DNA of 62,663 bases from Candidatus Omnitrophota bacterium (lineage in GTDB: Bacteria > Omnitrophota > Gorgyraeia > Pluralincolimonadales > Pluralincolimonadaceae): NCBI GenBank assembly GCA_041653595.1, contig JBAZFB010000008.1, positions 1 through 62,663 of the forward strand, in the 5' to 3' direction. Positions 56,867 through 62,663 of this stretch are shown piece after piece. Below the pieces are notes generated by a model, which saw only the letters and a list, made by a program, of their open reading frames with translations, searched no databases and had not been told where the DNA came from. The position numbers were made by a program, and so were the translations under genes. Positions within the stretch are counted from its first letter, which is position 1, and each line of letters starts with the position of its first letter.

Positions 56867-57994
56867 TTAGGACTTAATTTTATATTCCTCCGCCGCCTTT
56901 AAACGCTTGCTTATGGGCGGGTGGTCGTAAAGGAATATCTCGATGAGCCGGTTCGGCTCCCTGTCGGCGAGGTTCTGGTCGCCGAGCTTGCCCATCATCG
57001 AGATAAAGGCGTCGGGATTTTGCGTGATCTCTAAGGCAAAACGGTCCGCCTCCCTCTCGAATACCCTGCTCAGGCCGTTCTGGAAAGGCATCATTACCAC
57101 CGCGAAGAAGAAGAATATGAGCGCGAGCAGAGGAAAGCCGGCCAGGTCAGCTATCCCGCGGTAATTAAGCATCCCGGCAAGGCCCTCGAACACCAGGTTG
57201 GCGATATAAAAGCTTAAAAACGTCACCGCGGCGCCGAATACGAGCAATTTCATTATGTGGCCCTTCTTGTGGTGGCCGAGCTCGTGGGCAAGGACCGCCT
57301 CTATTTCGTCGTGGGTGTATTCCTTGAGCATTGTATCGCCCAAAAGCACCCTTCTCGTCTTCCCGAGGCCTGCCAGGGCGGCGTTCGCCTTGACCGTCTT
57401 CTTGCTCAGGTCTATCTCAAAGATACCGTTGACTTTCGAGCCGCATTTCTCGGCGAGATCCAACAGGCGGATGCGCAGGTCTTCGTCGGCAAGCGGCTTT
57501 ACCTTGAAAAAGAGCGGAAGGATCACGACAGGCGCGACCCTGCTTAGGACTATCGTGAAGATTATCCAGAAGACGGCGGTCCATATCCACCAGATCGCGG
57601 TAAAATTCCGCAGGAACAGGTAAAGGACCTCGATGACGATGAAGAATATCGTCCCGCCGACGAGCAATTTCTTTAAATAATCGAGGAACCAGCCGCCGAA
57701 CGCCTGCGTCGAGAGCGAGAATTTCCGCTCGAGAGAGAAGCCCTGGTACATATCGAGCGTGAACGTGACCGCCGCGTATATCGCCCCGAACACCAGGAAA
57801 TAGGCCGCGGTCTGTATCCACGGGTTGCGCGAGGCCCCTTCGGCAAAATTGCGTATCCATACGGACGGGCCCTGCGTGGCCATAATATAGAGGAACAAAA
57901 CCGTCAGGACCAGCTCAACGCCGAACAGGGCGTTCTTTATCCGCGAGTATTTTTTGGCCTCGCCTGCCCCGCTTTCAGACAAACGCGATATCAT
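56867..57994 (-). CDS. M48-family (Ste24/HtpX-like) membrane zinc metalloprotease
   Basis: Polytopic, with HELGHHKKGH and a downstream ..EREADRFA.. motif. The start is moved to MISRLSES (57994), an ATGA overlap with the upstream gene; the ORF track extends to 58081. Confidence 0.85.
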   Translation of the reverse strand: MISRLSESGAGEAKKYSRIKNALFGVELVLTVLFLYIMATQGPSVWIRNFAEGASRNPWIQTAAYFLVFGAIYAAVTFTLDMYQGFSLERKFSLSTQAFGGWFLDYLKKLLVGGTIFFIVIEVLYLFLRNFTAIWWIWTAVFWIIFTIVLSRVAPVVILPLFFKVKPLADEDLRIRLLDLAEKCGSKVNGIFEIDLSKKTVKANAALAGLGKTRRVLLGDTMLKEYTHDEIEAVLAHELGHHKKGHIMKLLVFGAAVTFLSFYIANLVFEGLAGMLNYRGIADLAGFPLLALIFFFFAVVMMPFQNGLSRVFEREADRFALEITQNPDAFISMMGKLGDQNLADREPNRLIEIFLYDHPPISKRLKAAEEYKIKS

Positions 57995-58521
57995 TTCATC
58001 TGGTGCAAATATATCTTGCGGATCTCGTTGAAGATGTCGACGTATTCCTTCGTCTGGTAGTCGCGGTATGTCCATTCCCACGGCTGGAACGACCTGTCGA
58101 TAAAGCGGAGCGTTATCTCAGCGAAGACGCCTCCGTAGAGGTAGACCCTGTGCGCGTTGTCCTTCGTCGTCGCGAGGATGAGCTTCGCGTCGGTAATGTA
58201 ACCCGGGTCGATGTTTATCCTGCGCGACGGCTTGCCGCGCTCCCTGCTCATCCCCAGCTCGAGCCTGTTCGTGTAATGCTTTATCTTCGGCAGGACCTCG
58301 GGGTTGACGAGTTTTCTGAAGGATATGAACTGCCTCTTTAGATTCTGCCCCATCTCAGGCGCGTAATAATCCGTATACGCGAAATCCAGCAATGAGGTCC
58401 TGAAATCTATCTTCCCGAATTTCCATTCCAGCGTCTTCTCCATTTTCATTATCAGGTCCGGGTCGTTCGATATCATCCCGATGATGAGCTTGACCGGCTT
58501 ATGCTGCTTTGCTGCTCCCAT
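57991..58521 (-). CDS. DUF4416-family protein
   Basis: 176 aa: ..VKLIIGMI.. and ..INIDPGYITDAKLILATTKDNAHRVYL... Confidence 0.65.
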   Translation of the reverse strand: MGAAKQHKPVKLIIGMISNDPDLIMKMEKTLEWKFGKIDFRTSLLDFAYTDYYAPEMGQNLKRQFISFRKLVNPEVLPKIKHYTNRLELGMSRERGKPSRRINIDPGYITDAKLILATTKDNAHRVYLYGGVFAEITLRFIDRSFQPWEWTYRDYQTKEYVDIFNEIRKIYLHQMK

Positions 58522-58540
58522 TTAATCCTCCTGTTAAAGT

Positions 58541-59236
58541 TTATCCCCTTGGGGAGTTTTCGCCTTTGCATGTTTTTACGCAGATCCCGCAGATCGAATG
58601 GCCTATTCCCGCCCTGTTGGCAAAGGCTTTCAACAGTTCGCGGCAGGCATTCAGGTCCATATCTTTCGCGTCTTTTTTTATCGCTTTGGCCGGGCAGGCG
58701 GCCACACACGCGGCGCATTCGCCGCAGCTTATATCTACCGGCTTGTCTGACTTGAGGGGCATATCGGTGAGCACCGTCGCGTATCTTACCGCCGCGCCGT
58801 ATTCCGGGTTGATGAGCAGGCCTGAGCGGCCGATGAACCCGTTCCCCGCAAGGCGGCCGATCTCCTTGTGCGAGAGCGCCCCGCGCATCAGGCCCCAGTC
58901 CTCGACATAGCTCGCCGGGATGGGCAGCGCTGAATAGCCGGCCTTCTGGATATAGTTTGACAGCTTAAGGGCTATCTCATCTACCAGGGAGTTGACCCTT
59001 TTGTAATGGAAGGCGTAGATCTTTGACGGCTTATTCGCGATAGTCTCGATTATCCTGCCTGCGAGGCGCACGCCTATCGAGATGCCGTAATCGAGCCCGT
59101 TAAGGACGGATTTCGGCTCGACAAAAAATCCGTCTTTTATAGACGACACGTCGGCGACGCCGAAGAGCGAAGCGCCATCGCCCTCCGCCGCCGCTTTCAA
59201 TTTTTCGTAATTACTTAAAGAATCTTTTCCTTGCAT
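58541..59236 (-). CDS. 4Fe-4S dicluster protein, epoxyqueuosine-reductase (QueG)-like
   Basis: 231 aa. C-terminal CGECAACVAACPAKAI and ..CGICVKTCK.. motifs. The N-terminal part resembles the QueG/RdhA-like fold. Confidence 0.55.
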   Translation of the reverse strand: MQGKDSLSNYEKLKAAAEGDGASLFGVADVSSIKDGFFVEPKSVLNGLDYGISIGVRLAGRIIETIANKPSKIYAFHYKRVNSLVDEIALKLSNYIQKAGYSALPIPASYVEDWGLMRGALSHKEIGRLAGNGFIGRSGLLINPEYGAAVRYATVLTDMPLKSDKPVDISCGECAACVAACPAKAIKKDAKDMDLNACRELLKAFANRAGIGHSICGICVKTCKGENSPRG

Positions 59237-59984
59237 CAGCTAATTTCTCAAAGTCCTTATAATCGGTCATATCGAAATGGAGCGGCGTTATGGAGATGTA
59301 GCCGTCGCGCACCGCGACCGCGTCGACGAGATCGTCGCCTCTCACCTCGGCCCTGTAACTGCATAGCCAGTAATAGAGGCGCCTGTTCGGGTCCTCGCGC
59401 ATGTCGTAATCTTCATGATAGAAAGTCGACATCCCCTGCCGCGTTATCTTTACCCCTTTTATCTTCGATCTCGGGAGCGCCGGGACGTTGACATTGAGCA
59501 GCGTAGTGACAGGGAGCTTCTTTTCGAGCATCAGTTTCGCGAGTTTATGCGTAAAATCCACGGCCGCCTCGAACTTTTCCCATTTAAACGACGCAAGAGA
59601 GACCGCGAACGCAGGGACGCCGAGTATCGCCCCCTCTGTCGCGCCCGAGACCGTCCCGGAATAGAGGACGTTTATCCCGAGGTTCGGCCCGCGGTTCAAG
59701 CCGGATATGATCAGGTCCGGTTTTTTCTTCTTCATTATGTTCATCAGCCCGATCTTCACGCAATCGGCCGGCGTGCCTGTTATCGCGTAGCCGAAATATT
59801 TCCCGTCGCGGCGCGCCTCGTTGACGCGCAACGGCACCGATAGCGTTATCGCGTGCCCCTGCGCAGAACGTTCGGCGTCAGGCGCCACAACCGTCACCTC
59901 GGCTATCGACTTTAATTTTTTCTGCAGGGCGGCTATGCCCGGCGAATATATGCCGTTGTCGTTAGTTAATAATATCCGTTTCAT
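59211..59984 (-). CDS. surE: 5'/3'-nucleotidase SurE
   Basis: MKRILLTNDNGIYSPGI.. and ..SGLNRGPNLG..YSGTVSGA... The start is moved to 59984 (ATGA overlap with the upstream gene); the ORF track extends to 60071. Confidence 0.88.
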   Translation of the reverse strand: MKRILLTNDNGIYSPGIAALQKKLKSIAEVTVVAPDAERSAQGHAITLSVPLRVNEARRDGKYFGYAITGTPADCVKIGLMNIMKKKKPDLIISGLNRGPNLGINVLYSGTVSGATEGAILGVPAFAVSLASFKWEKFEAAVDFTHKLAKLMLEKKLPVTTLLNVNVPALPRSKIKGVKITRQGMSTFYHEDYDMREDPNRRLYYWLCSYRAEVRGDDLVDAVAVRDGYISITPLHFDMTDYKDFEKLADARKRFFK

Positions 59985-61078
59985 TTCATCTCTATCAATT
60001 CGTATTCGAGGTTCCCGAGGCCTATCTCTGCGCCGTACCTGAGCTGCGCCTCCCAGTCGATATGCGGCCATATCTTCTTGAAAGCGTCGGACTTGAAGGC
60101 GTTGTTGACGACATCGGCCGACGCCTTATCTATCGCGACCGGGTCTGTCGAGGCGAAAATACCGGCATCGGGCGCCACGGCCGGGTCATCCTTGGCCAGG
60201 CAGTCGCATTCTTTCGTTATCTTCATCGCGTAACTCAGGAATAATATCTTCCCCTCTTTGTCCTTCATCACGCCTAGGGCGAACTCGGCCATCTTCTCCT
60301 GCACGTTATTGCTCGACTCGCTCCACGATATATCGATCGCGTCGCTGCGGCAGGCGACGAGGCAGTCGGCGCAGCCGATGCATTTTTTCTCGTCGATGTG
60401 CGCTATTTTCTCCTTCGCTTCGCTCAGGACTTTGCCCTTCAATTCTATCGCCCCGGTCGGGCAATGGATGACGCACAGCCCGCAGCCGATGCACGCTTTC
60501 GCGTTGACGTTAGGTTTTATCGCGGAATGCTGCATCAGTTTCCCGGCGCGCGTCGCGAAACCCATCCCGATATTTTTTACCGCCGACGCCAGACCCGTGA
60601 CCATGTGCCCGGTGACGTGGGAGAGGACAACTGCCGCGTCCGCGTCCGCGCAGGCCTTCGCTATCTTCACCGACTTAAAATGTTTTTTGTTGATCTTCAC
60701 TTCAAAATCCTCGCCCGACCTCAGCCCGTCCGCGATGACGACCGGCGCGCCGCATACCTCGGGCGTAAAACCGTGCTCATAGGCGATGTTCGTGTGGTCG
60801 ACAGCGTTCGACCTCGACCCTTTATACAGCGTATTCGAGTCGGTAAAAAACGGCTTGCCTTTAAGCGCGGATATCTCGTCGGCGACGAACCTAGCGTGGC
60901 GCGCGTCGACGTGTCCGGTATTGCCTTTGTCGCCGAAGGTCAATTTTATGGCGATGAGCGCGTCCTTTTTGACTATTTTTTTGAGGCCGGCGTTCTCGAG
61001 CAGCCAGCGCGTCTTCTCGCGTATCGACTCGAGAGATTCGTCCCTTTTAGCTTTTACGAAAAATACTTTTGGCTTCAC
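59981..61078 (-). CDS. DUF362-domain protein with an inserted 4Fe-4S ferredoxin dicluster
   Basis: 365 aa. Motifs CIGCGLCVIHCPTGAI and CIGCADCLVACRSDAI sit within a DUF362-like frame (..IAIKLTFGDKGNTGHV..). Confidence 0.7.
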   Translation of the reverse strand: MKPKVFFVKAKRDESLESIREKTRWLLENAGLKKIVKKDALIAIKLTFGDKGNTGHVDARHARFVADEISALKGKPFFTDSNTLYKGSRSNAVDHTNIAYEHGFTPEVCGAPVVIADGLRSGEDFEVKINKKHFKSVKIAKACADADAAVVLSHVTGHMVTGLASAVKNIGMGFATRAGKLMQHSAIKPNVNAKACIGCGLCVIHCPTGAIELKGKVLSEAKEKIAHIDEKKCIGCADCLVACRSDAIDISWSESSNNVQEKMAEFALGVMKDKEGKILFLSYAMKITKECDCLAKDDPAVAPDAGIFASTDPVAIDKASADVVNNAFKSDAFKKIWPHIDWEAQLRYGAEIGLGNLEYELIEMK

Positions 61079-61566
61079 GCGAGCTCCACTATCTTTCCTT
61101 CCATCGTCTTGATGTCCACTATCGCGACCGTAGACTTGCCGGTCGTCCAGCCGCCTGTCTCTCCGGGATTGACCAAAAGGGCGCTGTCTATTTTCTTTAT
61201 CTCGGGCTTGTGCGTATGTCCGTAGATAAGAAGATGCAATTCCTGGTTCTCTATCATGCCCAGGATGCCGGGGACATCTTCTATCTCGTGGGTGATTATC
61301 ATTTTTACGTTCGAAAGGTCATACCTGTAAGGATGGTCAACTATCAGGCCGTTCGATTTTATGGACAGGGCCTTTTTGTCGCCGTCGTTGTTCCCGTAGA
61401 CGCCCAGCCACTTGCATTTCAGTTTGTCGAGCGGCGAGAGCGCGAACGGCGAGCAGTAGTCGCCGGCGTGGACGACCAGGTCGCATCCTTCCGCGTTGAA
61501 TACCTCTACCGCCTTCCTCACCATAGGCACATTATCGTGCGAATCAGCCATTACTCCGAGTTTCAT
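61075..61566 (-). CDS. YfcE/MJ0936-family metallophosphoesterase
   Basis: 163 aa with VMADSHDN, VHAGDY, GNNDGD and GHTHKP. Confidence 0.88.
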   Translation of the reverse strand: MKLGVMADSHDNVPMVRKAVEVFNAEGCDLVVHAGDYCSPFALSPLDKLKCKWLGVYGNNDGDKKALSIKSNGLIVDHPYRYDLSNVKMIITHEIEDVPGILGMIENQELHLLIYGHTHKPEIKKIDSALLVNPGETGGWTTGKSTVAIVDIKTMEGKIVELA

Positions 61567-61580
61567 TCCATACCTCCGTA

Positions 61581-62243
61581 TTATTTCAGCATTATCACCG
61601 AGAGCATCCTCCCGGCCTTGTCCTTCTCTTTCCTGAATGAGAAGAATTCACTGTTCCTGCAGCCGGTGCATATGCCGCAGTCGAAAATATTTTTTGCGCT
61701 TATCCCGGCGGCGATCAGCTGTTCGGCGTTTTCGCCCACCAGGTCGAAATAATGCTTATGCGCCATTTTAACAACCGAATCCGGAAAATGCACCAAAAAT
61801 TCGCTGTTCACCTCGTAACAGCACTGCCTGAGCGCCGGGCCCATCCCGGCAAGCAGCTTCGCCGGCGACGATCCATATTCGGATCTCATCGCCTCGACGA
61901 CGTTTTTTGCTATCTTCTCCTTCGTGCTCTTCCATCCCGCGTGCGCGACGCCGATGGCGTTATGCTCGGGGTCATAGAAGAGCACCGGAAGGCAATCGGC
62001 GGTCCTGACCGAGAGGGTTATCCCTTTCGCGTCGGTTATCGCGCCGTCCGCGCCCGGGATCTCGCCGGATAAGGCAGTCTTCGCGTCTACCTTTACGACC
62101 ACCCCGCCGTGCGCCTGCTGCAGGCGGACGAGTCCCTTGGGCGGTATCCCCAGCTTTTTCAGGAAATCCCCGTGGCTTATCTGCCTGTCGGATATTCCGT
62201 GCAGGACCGGAAACCTGTCAAACTCCGGGAGCGATATTATCAT
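61581..62243 (-). CDS. pgeF: Peptidoglycan editing factor PgeF / YfiH (DUF152, laccase-domain) protein
   Basis: 220 aa: ..QAHGGVVV.., ..TADCLPVLF.., ..HAGWKS.., ..CGICTGC... Confidence 0.85.
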   Translation of the reverse strand: MIISLPEFDRFPVLHGISDRQISHGDFLKKLGIPPKGLVRLQQAHGGVVVKVDAKTALSGEIPGADGAITDAKGITLSVRTADCLPVLFYDPEHNAIGVAHAGWKSTKEKIAKNVVEAMRSEYGSSPAKLLAGMGPALRQCCYEVNSEFLVHFPDSVVKMAHKHYFDLVGENAEQLIAAGISAKNIFDCGICTGCRNSEFFSFRKEKDKAGRMLSVIMLK

Positions 62244-62663
62244 CAGAACGGCAACCCCACATCGAACATGAACCTCGGCACCTGCCTCTCCTTGTTTGTG
62301 TTTAGCGGGTAAGCGAGGTCAAAACGCAGGACGGTCCACTTCGTCTTAAAACGCAGGCCCGTGCCGATGGAATTCTGGAGCTCCGCGGGAAAGCGCACCC
62401 TGTTCAAGCTTCTCCAGTTCCCGCCCACGTCGTAAAAGAACGCGCCGTTGAACCATTTATATATCGGGAACCTCATCTCGGCGTTGCCCAGCAGCATCAC
62501 CGTCCCCCACAGGGGCCTGTTGTCCGCGTCCTTAGGACCTATGGAATTTACTTTATACCCGCGCACCGTATCTATCCCTCCCAACATGAATTTTTCAAAG
62601 AAAGGGACGTCCTTCGTTTCGCCGTACCTGTCCATCCACCCGCCCATCCCCCTGAAGGCGACG
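62243..62663 (-). CDS. bamA: Omp85/BamA-family outer-membrane protein, C-terminal beta-barrel portion (5'-partial; continues beyond the window)
   Basis: The frame is open to the window end. Contains ..GGIDTVRGY.. and ..FYDVGGNW.., and the terminal ..FMFDVGLPF ends in an aromatic residue. TGATG overlap with pgeF. Confidence 0.8.
   Translation of the reverse strand, partial: VAFRGMGGWMDRYGETKDVPFFEKFMLGGIDTVRGYKVNSIGPKDADNRPLWGTVMLLGNAEMRFPIYKWFNGAFFYDVGGNWRSLNRVRFPAELQNSIGTGLRFKTKWTVLRFDLAYPLNTNKERQVPRFMFDVGLPF

Overview
A 62.6 kb chromosomal segment from a diderm (Gram-negative type) bacterium, judged by msbA, lpxB and a BamA C-terminus. G+C is moderately high. I cannot assign taxonomy from sequence alone. 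About 90% of the coding capacity is on the minus strand in tightly packed, often start/stop-overlapping strings. These are rpsB-tsf-pyrH-frr-tRNA(Lys)-serS; a lactate module (LarA-like plus a fused FAD/Fe-S oxidase); gdhA; and a ~15 kb co-directional string purB-purC-purSL-purQ-purF-purM-purD-purE-tsaC-PTP-rpiB-glyA-dCMP deaminase-nrdR-radical SAM. Further along come eno, pgm, purN, trxA, an exosortase-family gene with one giant cognate substrate, trxB, and several envelope or secreted proteins. I located nine tRNA genes by hand-folding: Ser x2, Lys, fMet, Thr, Phe, Asp, Val. Two places look accessory. (i) The left edge carries the 3' part of a large serine recombinase whose ORF runs into tRNA-Ser(CGA), which suggests an integrated element to the left of the window. 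(ii) At 53.87-56.19 kb there is a sharply AT-rich two-gene islet wedged between a SemiSWEET gene and tRNA-Asp. It encodes a standalone SIR2-family protein with a Zn ribbon and a 408-aa protein with an unrecognisable N-terminus and a TIR-like/flavodoxin-like C-terminus. I regard this as the best candidate for a novel system: Thoeris-like, NAD+-targeting, anti-phage, but with a non-canonical domain split. All domain calls come from motif recognition by eye, with no searches run. Coordinates of RNA genes and regulatory sites were derived manually and may be off by 1-2 nt.
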